NCBI GenBank assembly: GCA_044070495.1
Contig: JBIPSI010000016.1
Span: 1 to 64,000 of the forward strand
Direction of reading: 5' to 3'
Source of the DNA: Spirulina sp.
GTDB lineage: Bacteria; Cyanobacteriota; Cyanobacteriia; Phormidesmidales; Phormidesmidaceae
Length of the DNA: 64,000 nt
Both the position numbers and the translations under genes were made by a program. Below, piece by piece: positions 1-9,746 of the stretch. The notes beneath the pieces were generated by a model. It was not told the DNA's origin, searched no databases, and saw nothing but the letters and a program-made list of their open reading frames with translations. The first letter of the stretch is position 1; every line of letters starts with the position of its first letter.

Positions 1-80
1 TACTGCACAATCTGGTTATCATGCAGACGACGAGTCCCATTCTTGACAACGGTTTCGCTCTGGCAGTGGGGGCAACGCAT
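1..80 (-). CDS. Transposase N-terminus (Zn ribbon), partial
   Basis: Manual translation MRCPHCQSETVVKNGTRRLHDNQIVQ...; CxxC...KNG start typical of cyanobacterial IS1/IS6 transposases; not in the ORF track. Confidence 0.7.
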   Translation of the reverse strand, partial: MRCPHCQSETVVKNGTRRLHDNQIVQ

Positions 81-137
81 AGGCCAATGACGCTCTACGC
101 CTACATTCTAGCCGTCATCCTTTAACTGACCAGTGCC
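1..137 (-). mobile_element. Left end of an IS6-family-like insertion sequence, truncated by the window edge
   Basis: Minus strand begins GGCACTGGTCAGTTAAAG at 137-120 (IS6/IS26-type IRs start GGCACTG). A TAGAAT -10 follows at 110-105, then an ORF from ATG at 80. Confidence 0.65.
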
Positions 138-274
138 TAGAGACGCGGTTATCGCGCCCATCGCATGGTTTTTGGTCAGGTAACCAGTCCATGCTGTTGA
201 AGGATGGCGTCTATTACAGTAGAGTCCTGTGCATCGTGTGGCCGACCGACTTAGGAGACAAAGCGATTACTAGA

Positions 275-883
275 ATGAAACCGCCAAGTTTATTGCGATG
301 GGAACCCAGGCGACGACCATGGCGGATTGGCTTGCTCATTGGGTGTTTGGGGTGGGGCGGATTGAGCGCTCCTGGCTGGGGCATGGCTCCCAATGGGCCG
401 ATGCCTTTGGTCGATCCGGTGCCAGAGGTGGGTCGCCCTTGGGTGCCCCTGGGAGAGGCGGCGGATCATCTGCCCCAGCAAGGCGATCCGGTCTATGCCA
501 CCCATGTAGTGCTGCGGTTGTCGGAGCGACGGGTTTACCTCTACGACGGCAATCGACTGTGGGTTAGCTATCCGGTGGCCGTAGGGCGACAGGGTTGGAC
601 CACCCCCACCGGACGGTTTGTGGTGCAGCGCAAGCAGGCCGATCCCACCTGGCGGCATCCCTTCACCGGAGCATTGGTTCCCCCTGGCCCCGAAAATCCC
701 CTCGGTCGGCACTGGGTGGGCTTTTGGAGCGATGGCAACAACGTCATTGGCTTCCACGGCACCCCCCAGGAAGACTTGATTGGGCAGGCGGTGTCCCATG
801 GCTGTGTGCGAATGCGCAATGCCGATGTTGCTGAGTTTTTTGACCGCGTGCAGGTGGGCACCCCCGTCATCGTTGAACCCTAG
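275..883 (+). CDS. L,D-transpeptidase (YkuD family)
   Basis: YPVAVG, TPTG, NPLG and GFHGT...SHGCVRM catalytic motif; ATG 275 preferred (AGGAG upstream). Confidence 0.9.
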   Translation: MKPPSLLRWEPRRRPWRIGLLIGCLGWGGLSAPGWGMAPNGPMPLVDPVPEVGRPWVPLGEAADHLPQQGDPVYATHVVLRLSERRVYLYDGNRLWVSYPVAVGRQGWTTPTGRFVVQRKQADPTWRHPFTGALVPPGPENPLGRHWVGFWSDGNNVIGFHGTPQEDLIGQAVSHGCVRMRNADVAEFFDRVQVGTPVIVEP

Positions 884-934
884 GGCGACCTGGACACAAA
901 TTTTCCCTGGGGGATACTCGTGTAAAATCTGGGG

Positions 935-3475
935 ATGACTGAATCACGCCCCGTTTCCCCAACGCCCCAAATCCCCGTCCAGTCCTGGCAGCGACCCCTT
1001 GGCCAAGGCTGGGATCAGCATTACATCGTGCGCTACGCCAGCAATTTAGACGATGGCCCCTGGCATGGGGCACCGCTGGGGGGCTTTGGGGCCGGATGCA
1101 TCGGTCGCTCGCCCAGAGGGGATTTCAACCTCTGGCACATCGACGGCGGCGAGCATGTGTTTCAGACTTTCCCCGGCTGTCAGTTCAGCGTGTTTGAATC
1201 GGGCGGTGGGAAAACCCAAGCCTACGCCCTGAGTACGGAACCGCCTCAAGATGGGACGCTTTCGACCTGGAACTGGTATCCCGCTTCTACGCCAGAACGT
1301 TCCACCGGAACGTACCACGCCCTCTATCCCCGCAGTTGGTACCGCTACGAGAACGTGTTTCGGGCGGAAATTACCTGTGAACAGTTTTCCCCCATCTGGC
1401 CAAACAACTACCAGGAAGCCAGCTACCCCGTGGCGGTGTTTGAATGGACGGCCCACAACCCCACGGATCAGCCTCTCACCCTCTGCGTGATGGTGAGCTG
1501 GCAGAATATGGTGGGCTGGTTTACGAATACGCAAAAATCCCCGGAAGTGCAGCAGCGGGACGATGGCAGCCCCTACTACGACTACGTCCCCGCCCTTGGC
1601 CAAAGCCAGGGCAACTACACCCAACTGATTTCCACCGACGGCCTCAAGGGTTGCCTGATGAGCGGCGACTGGCAGCGCCTGCGAGAACCCCAGGAAGGGG
1701 ACGGTCAATGGTGCATCGCTACGCTGGATAACCCGGATATCGAAATTTCCTACGACCTGCGCTGGAACCCCGCCGGAGATGGGGCCGACCTATGGAGCGC
1801 CTGGGCCAAGCTGGGACGGCTGATGAATCTGCTAGATACCACCGCCGCCGGAGAGGGTGAACAAGTCGGTTGCGCCCTGGCCCTGCGCTTTACCCTGCAA
1901 CCGGGAGAAACGCGGCAGTTTCCCATCGTCCTGGCCTGGGATTTGCCTGTGACGGAATTTGCCGAGGGCGTCAGCGCCTACCGTCGCTATACGGACTTTT
2001 TTGGGCGGGATGGACGCAATGCTAGGGCGATTGCTCATCAAGCGTTGACAAACCACAAGGACTGGCAGCAAAGCATCACCACCTGGCAGCAGCCGATTTT
2101 AGACAGGCCCGACCTGCCCGACTGGTTCAAGATGGCCCTGTTTAACGAACTCTACGACCTGACCAGCGGCGGCACCCTCTGGAGTGCGTCCACCGAGGCC
2201 GACCCCGTGGGCCAGTTTGCGGTACTGGAATGCATCGACTATCGCTGGTACGAAAGCCTGGATGTGCGGCTCTATGGCGGCTTTGCAACCCTGCTGTTGT
2301 GGCCAGAGCTAGAAAAATCCATCCTCCGCGCCTTTGCCCAGGCCATCCCCACCCAGGACGACCGACGGCGAATCATCGGCTATTACCTGACGATAGGCGT
2401 AGAAAGCCCCCTGGCCCAGCGCAAAACCAAGGGAGCTACCCCCCACGACCTCGGTGCCCCCAACGAACAGCCCTGGGTGCAAACCAACTACACCAGCTAC
2501 CAAGACTGCAACCTCTGGAAAGACCTGGGCAGCGACTTTGTGATCCAGGTCTATCGCGCCTTTGTGTTCACTGGGGCCAACGACCTGGAATTCCTGCAAA
2601 CCTGCTGGCCTGCGGTGGTGGAAACCCTGCAATATCTCAAGCATTTCGACCGCGACGGTGACGGCATCCCCGAAAACGAGGGTGCCCCCGACCAAACCTT
2701 TGACGACTGGCGGCTCAAGGGTCTCAGTGCCTACTGCGGTGGGCTGTGGCTGGCGGCGCTAGAGGCGGCGTTGGCCATGGGCAAGATCCTGTCCGAAAAC
2801 AACCTCGCCCCCGGCACCACCCCGATTTTGCTGACCCAATACCAGCGCTGGCTAGAGGGCGGCTTCCGGGCCTATCACCCCAAACTGTGGAATGGCCGCT
2901 ATTACCGCCTGGATACGGGCAGCGGCTCTGATGTGGTGATGGCCGACCAACTCTGTGGCCAGTTTATGACGCGGCTGCTGAACCTGCCGGATTTGGTGGA
3001 GGAAGCCTGCATTCAGTCCTCCCTAGAGGTCATCTATGAGGCTTGCTTTGTTAACTTTAACCAGGTGGCCCAAACCCAGGAGCGCCCCCAGGCACAAAAG
3101 TTTGAAGGTGCTCAGGTGGGGAACTTTAGCGCTGCCACCTTAAAGCAACCCATCGGAGCCGCTAATGGCGTTTTGCCCGACGGCACCCCCGAAGACCCCG
3201 ACAGCACCCATCAACAGGAAGTGTGGACAGGGATTAACTTTGGCCTCGCCGCCTTCTATGCCCAGATGGGCCACACCGACAAGGCCATGGCCATGACTGA
3301 AGCCGTCGTCCGCCAACTCTACGACTACGGCCTGCAATTCCGCACCCCGGAGGCGATCACTGCCCTGGGTACCTATCGCGCCTGCCACTACATGCGGCCC
3401 CTGGCCATTTGGGGGCTGTATGCGATGCTGCCGACCATTGAATCTCAGTCAAATGCCAATGATTTGACGAGGTAG
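935..3475 (+). CDS. GH116 family glycoside hydrolase (GBA2-like beta-glucosidase)
   Basis: GAPLGGFGAGCIGRS, YESLDV, PDQTFDDW, EVWTG and YMRPLAIW motifs; 846 aa. Confidence 0.9.
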   Translation: MTESRPVSPTPQIPVQSWQRPLGQGWDQHYIVRYASNLDDGPWHGAPLGGFGAGCIGRSPRGDFNLWHIDGGEHVFQTFPGCQFSVFESGGGKTQAYALSTEPPQDGTLSTWNWYPASTPERSTGTYHALYPRSWYRYENVFRAEITCEQFSPIWPNNYQEASYPVAVFEWTAHNPTDQPLTLCVMVSWQNMVGWFTNTQKSPEVQQRDDGSPYYDYVPALGQSQGNYTQLISTDGLKGCLMSGDWQRLREPQEGDGQWCIATLDNPDIEISYDLRWNPAGDGADLWSAWAKLGRLMNLLDTTAAGEGEQVGCALALRFTLQPGETRQFPIVLAWDLPVTEFAEGVSAYRRYTDFFGRDGRNARAIAHQALTNHKDWQQSITTWQQPILDRPDLPDWFKMALFNELYDLTSGGTLWSASTEADPVGQFAVLECIDYRWYESLDVRLYGGFATLLLWPELEKSILRAFAQAIPTQDDRRRIIGYYLTIGVESPLAQRKTKGATPHDLGAPNEQPWVQTNYTSYQDCNLWKDLGSDFVIQVYRAFVFTGANDLEFLQTCWPAVVETLQYLKHFDRDGDGIPENEGAPDQTFDDWRLKGLSAYCGGLWLAALEAALAMGKILSENNLAPGTTPILLTQYQRWLEGGFRAYHPKLWNGRYYRLDTGSGSDVVMADQLCGQFMTRLLNLPDLVEEACIQSSLEVIYEACFVNFNQVAQTQERPQAQKFEGAQVGNFSAATLKQPIGAANGVLPDGTPEDPDSTHQQEVWTGINFGLAAFYAQMGHTDKAMAMTEAVVRQLYDYGLQFRTPEAITALGTYRACHYMRPLAIWGLYAMLPTIESQSNANDLTR

Positions 3476-3566
3476 CCTGCTTGCGGTGGAAACGGCCAAC
3501 TTAGGCCACGCAGGGAAAACTATGTCCATGGGCGGAGGTGCAGAAGATAACGATGGGAAGTAGCCA

Positions 3567-4283
3567 ATGGGGATGTTGAGGGCGGTAGATCGAGATCTGT
3601 GGGTGGCGGAGCAGCCGCTGCGCTATTTTGGCCTCAGCATTGGCACCCGGATGACGGTAGTGCGATTGGCGGGCGGTGACCTGGTGGTGATTTCGCCGAT
3701 TCAGCCCACTGATGGATTAGTTGAAGAGATCGCCGTGATCGGCCCAGTCCGGCACATTGTGGCCCCTAACCTGTACCACTATCGGTATGCGGCGGCCTTT
3801 AAGGCTATCTACCCCGATGCCGTCCTGTGGGCATCGGCGGGGCTAAGGGTTAAGCGGCCAGAATTGCCCATCGACCGCCCCATCGAACCGGATGGCCAAA
3901 GTCCTTGGGACGAGCTGGATTGTCTCTTCTTCCGTGGTCTGCAAACCCTCGCCCCCAACGGCCCCGATCCGCTAGAGGAATGGGTATTCTGCCATACCGC
4001 CAGTCGAACGCTGATCTTGACGGACATTGCCTTTAGGTTTGACGCCAGCTTTCCCTGGCTAACCCGGCTGGTGACCAGACTGGGTGGCAGTTACGACAGC
4101 CTCAGTCCATCGTTGCTGGAGCGGGTGGCCACGAAGGATGATGACCAGGTGAGAGCCTCGGTAGAGCAGGTGTTGCGCTGGGAGTTTGATCGGGTGATTG
4201 TCGCCCACGGCACCATCGTCGAGGGCGGCGGCAAAGCGCAGTTGAAGCAGGGGTATGAGGCCTTTTTGGCAGGCTCACGTTAG
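3567..4283 (+). CDS. DUF4336 family protein
   Basis: GTRMTVVRL, HIVAPNLYHY, RTLILTD, RVIVAHG. Confidence 0.85.
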   Translation: MGMLRAVDRDLWVAEQPLRYFGLSIGTRMTVVRLAGGDLVVISPIQPTDGLVEEIAVIGPVRHIVAPNLYHYRYAAAFKAIYPDAVLWASAGLRVKRPELPIDRPIEPDGQSPWDELDCLFFRGLQTLAPNGPDPLEEWVFCHTASRTLILTDIAFRFDASFPWLTRLVTRLGGSYDSLSPSLLERVATKDDDQVRASVEQVLRWEFDRVIVAHGTIVEGGGKAQLKQGYEAFLAGSR

Positions 4284-4401
4284 GCAAACTCACGTCAAAG
4301 GCAAGTCACCGATAGCCTTGAGGATTGGATTCGGGGTTGTTCTAGCTTTCCTCGGCAACGGCAAGAGGTCGGGGGTACAGCTTGCTTCCCCAGGGGGGCG
4401 G

Positions 4402-4566
4402 CTACTGCTTATACACATCTTGTCTTTGTGCCGTAAGTCCTTGGAGATCCCCCTAAATCCCCCTTATGAAGGGGGACTTTGAATCCATTTTCCCCCTTCA
4501 TAAGGGGGGCTAGGAGGGATCAACCCTAGGAACTCAGTGAAATAGAGATTTATGTATAGGCGGTAG
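4402..4566. mobile_element. MITE-like element enclosing a CCCCCTT...AAGGGGG hairpin pair
   Basis: Imperfect TIR CTACTGCTTATACAC / ATGTATAGGCGGTAG (12/15); flanks GGGGGGCGG and AGGGAGCGG (7/9, possible TSD); internal repeat 4446-4522. Confidence 0.6.
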
Positions 4567-4601
4567 AGGGAGCGGGGAGGCTGTGATCGCTTGACGCTCG
4601 G

Positions 4602-5465
4602 TTACGGATCAATCTCTAGGGAAAGTTGGTAGATGCGTTTTTTGGGTTGTCCGGTGGCTTGGGCCAGTTGACGGCTGGCATCGGCGCGGGAAAGGCCTTG
4701 GTGAATCAGGCGTTCCAACTCGGTGCGGAGGGCGTCGTCGGAGAGGGAAATTTCGCCCTGGGGGGCACCCTGGATAACCACGGTAAATTCGCCCTTGGGG
4801 GCCTCGGCTTGGTAGTGGGCCAGGGCCTCTTCGAGGGTGCCGCGCCAGAATTCTTCAAAGCGTTTGGTGAGTTCGCGACCTAGGGTGATGGGGCGATCTG
4901 GGCCAAGGCGTTCCCGCAAATCCGCCAGGGTTTTGACCAGTTTGTGGGGCGCTTCGTAGAGAATCACCGTGCGCTCCTCCCGCTGGATGGCCTCTAAGCG
5001 GGCGGTGCGCCCCGTACCCTTGAGCGGTAGAAATCCCTCAAACACAAAGCGATCCGTCGGTTGCCCAGAAACGCAAAGGGCCGTCATCGCCGCTGTGGGG
5101 CCAGGGATCGGCACCACGGGAATGTTGGCCGCCACGCAGGCGGCAACCAGTTCGTAGCCCGGATCAGAAATTCCCGGCATCCCCGCATCGGACACCAGCG
5201 CCACGGAATGCTGCCGTTCTTGTAGGTGGTGCAGCACCTCCCCCAGGCGGCTGTGGCGGTTGTGTTCGTGGTAGCTAATTTGGGGCGTGGTGATTTGGAA
5301 ATGTTGCAGTAGTTTTCCCGTATGGCGGGTGTCCTCCGCCGCAATCAAATCCACCGATTGCAGGATCCGCACGGCCCGAAAGGTCATGTCCTCCAGGTTA
5401 CCGAGGGGCGTCCCCACCACGTAGAGATGCCCCGATTTTGGATCCGAGGATGCGGCGTCAGCCAT
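4602..5465 (-). CDS. rsmI: 16S rRNA (cytidine1402-2'-O)-methyltransferase
   Basis: LYVVGTPLGNLEDMTFRA, AEDTRHT, VSDAGMPGISDPG, RELTK. Confidence 0.95.
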   Translation of the reverse strand: MADAASSDPKSGHLYVVGTPLGNLEDMTFRAVRILQSVDLIAAEDTRHTGKLLQHFQITTPQISYHEHNRHSRLGEVLHHLQERQHSVALVSDAGMPGISDPGYELVAACVAANIPVVPIPGPTAAMTALCVSGQPTDRFVFEGFLPLKGTGRTARLEAIQREERTVILYEAPHKLVKTLADLRERLGPDRPITLGRELTKRFEEFWRGTLEEALAHYQAEAPKGEFTVVIQGAPQGEISLSDDALRTELERLIHQGLSRADASRQLAQATGQPKKRIYQLSLEIDP

Positions 5466-5495
5466 AGTGTTTGTCGTCCTAGCGTGTGAACCGAC

Positions 5496-6341
<846 letters not shown>

Positions 6342-6684
6342 CTATTAGGCCCTAGCGCCTCTAGCTTTAATCCCATCGATCCGCCCAATGGTTGTATCAC
6401 GAAAGTGTCCCCTTCCGGCCCCTAGGCTTAGGGCCAACCGATGACCCAGCCCAGCTAGCCCCCCCTTGGCGGTCTCCGCAACAGGCAGGAGTCAAAACAC
6501 TACGGGGTTCTTTTTGATGACTGGCACGGCTGTCATCGTCGAATGCACGGAAGCCTAGGCATAATGTAGAAGCCCCACGGAGACACAGCCTTGGAGGGGC
6601 CACGGGGCAAAAACCCCGGTTGCTTGGAAAAGCTGCTGTAAAATTAACCCGCCGACTCCATCCGCCGATACGGTCTGCCGAACT

Positions 6685-8646
6685 ATGCCAACCCCCATTC
6701 CCGCTGGAACCACCCTACAAAATCGTTACCGCATCCTCCAACCCTTGGGGCAGGGCGGGTTTGGCCGTACTTACCTGGCGGAAGACCTCAATCGCTTTAG
6801 CGAACGCTTTGCCGTCAAGGAGTTTGAACCGCAGTCTGAAAATGACATGACCGAAAAGTCGCTTCAGCTTTTTCAGCGGGAGGCGGCGATTCTCTACGGC
6901 ATTAGCCATCCCCAAATTCCTAAATTTCAGGCCATTTTTGAGGAAGATCAGCGCCTCTTCTTGGTGCAAGACTACATTGATGGTGTCACCTATCGAGATC
7001 TGCTCAACCAGCGCATTGATCAAGGCATGACCTTCTCTGAGGCGGAGGTGCGTCAGTTTTTACAAAACATGCTGCCTGTCCTCGCCCACATCCACAGCAA
7101 GGGCATCATTCACCGGGACATCAGCCCCGACAACATCATGCAGCGCCACACCGACCAGCTCCCTATTCTGATCGACTTTGGGGTGGTGAAGGAGGTCTTT
7201 ACCCGCATTCAAATGACGGGATCCCCGACCCATGCCACCTCCGTCGGCAAGCTGGGCTATGCCCCCAGCGAACAAATTCAGTCTGGGCGAGCCTACCCTA
7301 GCAGCGATCTCTACGCCCTGGCGGTGACGGCGATTGTGATGCTCACCGGTAAAGAACCTCAGGTGCTATTCGACGATGTCAACCTGACCTGGCACTGGCA
7401 GCCCCACGCCCACGTTAGCCCCGGCCTTGCCCAGGTGCTTAACCGTGCCATCAGCTACCGACCGGGAGATCGGTATCAATCCGTCAGCGAAATGGCCCAA
7501 GCCCTGGGGGCCGTTGGCAGCGGCACCGTCGGCGCTCCTCCCCGTCGCCCCGCTCCGCCCCCCTCTCAGGTTAGAACCGTGGCGGTGGGACGGCAGTATC
7601 AGCCTACCCAGGTTGGCCCAGGGCCAGGCTACCCACCGCCCCAGGTGGTTCCCCCGGTGGCGATGCCAGAGTCGGAATCGGTTTGGGAAAATCCCTGGGC
7701 CGTAGCCCTGATTGGGGCGGTACTCGCCTTGCTGGCAGGCCTGGGGGGGTGGCTGGTGGTGAGTTTGATCAATCGTCCCCCCCAAAATGCCGAGAACCCG
7801 GTTCCAGAAATTACCATCGACCCCATCCAACCCACCACGGCTCCCACCACAACCCCCACGCCGCCGCCCGTCAATCGTCCCACGGAATTTAACCAAGCCC
7901 TGCGCCTCGGCCCTGGCCAAAGCCGCACGGTGTCCGGTTCCCTCCGCAGCAGCGAAACCATCAACTACCAGTTTGAAGCCGAGGGTGGCCAGCCCCTCAC
8001 TGCTCGCATTCGTGGGGAAGGGGTTTTGCTAACGGTGCTTGGCCCCGAAGGTGGCCCGGTGGAGAGTGGCGCTGAGCGCGTGCAAAGCTGGCAGGGCAAC
8101 CTCACCACCACGGGTCGCCACAGCATCCAATTGCGGCCTGTGCAGGGGCTAGACCAAAGCAACTACACCCTGGAGGTGGAGTTGGGACAAATCCCAGAAC
8201 CCACGCCAGAGCCGACGCCAGAACCCACGCCGGAACCGACCCCAGAACCCACGCCAGAGCCGACACCAGAACCCACGCCGGAACCGACCCCAGAACCCAC
8301 ACCAAACCCAACCCCAGAGCCAACTCCGACGGAGAATCCTGACGTTACCGAACAGCAGGTGCAAATTCCCCCAGGCCAAACCAATACCCAGGTGGTTGGG
8401 CAGGTCAGCCCAGGGCGAATCCGTCGCTATGTGGTGAATGCCCAGGCTGGACAACGGATGGCCCTGGATCTGCCTAGGGTAAGCGGCCCTGTGACCTTAG
8501 ATGTGCGCTACCCCAACGGCAGCCCCATCCCCGATGCTTCCCGCGTGTTGTCCTGGCGAGGGGCGTTGAACACCTCAGGCAACTATCAAGTGGATGTCAA
8601 ATCTGCCCGTCCGGCGGAATATACCCTGAGTATCTCAGTGAACTAA
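6685..8646 (+). CDS. Membrane Ser/Thr protein kinase with two extracytoplasmic PPC-like domains and a Pro-rich linker
   Basis: LGQGGFGRTY, HRDISPDN, DFG, GYAPSEQ; TM helix WAVALIGAVLALLAGLGGWLVV; (PEPT)n linker. Confidence 0.92.
   Translation: MPTPIPAGTTLQNRYRILQPLGQGGFGRTYLAEDLNRFSERFAVKEFEPQSENDMTEKSLQLFQREAAILYGISHPQIPKFQAIFEEDQRLFLVQDYIDGVTYRDLLNQRIDQGMTFSEAEVRQFLQNMLPVLAHIHSKGIIHRDISPDNIMQRHTDQLPILIDFGVVKEVFTRIQMTGSPTHATSVGKLGYAPSEQIQSGRAYPSSDLYALAVTAIVMLTGKEPQVLFDDVNLTWHWQPHAHVSPGLAQVLNRAISYRPGDRYQSVSEMAQALGAVGSGTVGAPPRRPAPPPSQVRTVAVGRQYQPTQVGPGPGYPPPQVVPPVAMPESESVWENPWAVALIGAVLALLAGLGGWLVVSLINRPPQNAENPVPEITIDPIQPTTAPTTTPTPPPVNRPTEFNQALRLGPGQSRTVSGSLRSSETINYQFEAEGGQPLTARIRGEGVLLTVLGPEGGPVESGAERVQSWQGNLTTTGRHSIQLRPVQGLDQSNYTLEVELGQIPEPTPEPTPEPTPEPTPEPTPEPTPEPTPEPTPEPTPNPTPEPTPTENPDVTEQQVQIPPGQTNTQVVGQVSPGRIRRYVVNAQAGQRMALDLPRVSGPVTLDVRYPNGSPIPDASRVLSWRGALNTSGNYQVDVKSARPAEYTLSISVN
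8194..8325 (+). repeat. Coding 12-bp tandem repeat (PEPT x11, one PNPT)
   Basis: CCAGAACCCACG-type units; 8194-8241 and 8242-8289 form a 48-bp duplication with one mismatch. Confidence 0.95.
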
Positions 8647-8958
8647 TCCCTTGAGTAACCAATCCCTTGAACAGGGGTATGAAGAAATGCGCCAAATTAG
8701 CACAAACCTGTGACAATTCCTGACAGTTCCAGACGGGCTTTTTAGGATAGGTAATATAGGTCTCTTTTTATACCCAGACACGCAGAACGAGCGCTTCCCT
8801 CGCCCCAGAGCTAGGTCGGTATTTCCGCAAACACGACATCAGGATCATCCTTCTAAATAGGGCGAGCGTCTACCTGGGTAACGTCCAAACAAAGAACCTA
8901 ATCGACTTGGGTGGAGGCGTTCTTAGGACCCTAATCACCACTGCACGAGGTGTGAACT

Positions 8959-9480
8959 ATGAAAACTCGCTTTCCTCGATCCCTCAAAACCGTTGGTCTG
9001 AGTCTTCTGGGTGTTGGCCTGGGGCTAGGGTGTCTCAAGGCTGGGACGGTGATTGCCCAGGCTTGGCCGAACTGGGATGGCACCCCCCTCTACGGAGAGG
9101 TAGATTTATGGGCTGGCTTCGAGCCGGATCCCTACCTAGTGGAGGTAGAGGCTGGAGGCGAAACCGATGTCGAATCCCTTGGGCTAGGCTGGGGTTGTAA
9201 CGGCTTTATTGCCGCCGATCAGCCAGACTTTCGAGTGCAGTACGAGGCAGGAAACTATCCCCTGAGTTTTTACGTTGATTCGGCGGCGGATACCACCCTG
9301 GTCATCAACGCGCCGGATGCCCAGTGGTACTGCAACGATGACTTTGAGGGGGCTAACCCCATGGTGATGTTCGACTATCCCGAATCGGGCCAGTATGACA
9401 TTTGGATTGGCCACTTTGGCGACGGCTCTACCCATGACGCCACCCTAGAAATCACAGAATACGACTTGACGGGGTATTAG
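8959..9480 (+). CDS. Secreted PPC-like domain protein
   Basis: Signal peptide; GCNGFIAADQPD, DTTLVINAPDAQWYCNDD, GQYDIWIG. Confidence 0.75.
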   Translation: MKTRFPRSLKTVGLSLLGVGLGLGCLKAGTVIAQAWPNWDGTPLYGEVDLWAGFEPDPYLVEVEAGGETDVESLGLGWGCNGFIAADQPDFRVQYEAGNYPLSFYVDSAADTTLVINAPDAQWYCNDDFEGANPMVMFDYPESGQYDIWIGHFGDGSTHDATLEITEYDLTGY

Positions 9481-9599
9481 TGGCATCCTGTCAGCCCCTC
9501 GCCTCCAATCATTCCGACACCCCACCATGGCTCCATGATCGGAGGTCTTTGGCCTAGGGTCTTTGGCCCTACAGACTTGAAGGCTTGGGTCGGTGGGGT

Positions 9600-9729
9600 C
9601 TAGCTGACTGACAAAAGATTCTGCGTCGGACGCAAAAACCGCACCTCTACAGCATTGGCTTCATGTAGGGGTCAGGTCTCCTGACCCTTTGACAGATATG
9701 GGTTCTAGCAAGTTTTGTCAGTCAAGCAG
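9600..9729. mobile_element. MITE family A, copy 1 (130 bp) with internal GTAG-REP-like hairpins
   Basis: TIR core TGACTGACAAAA (9605-9616) / TTTTGTCAGTCA (9713-9724); flanks CGGTGGGGT / CGGTGGGGC; inverted homolog at 52979-53108. Confidence 0.85.
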
Positions 9730-9746
9730 CGGTGGGGCACCATACC

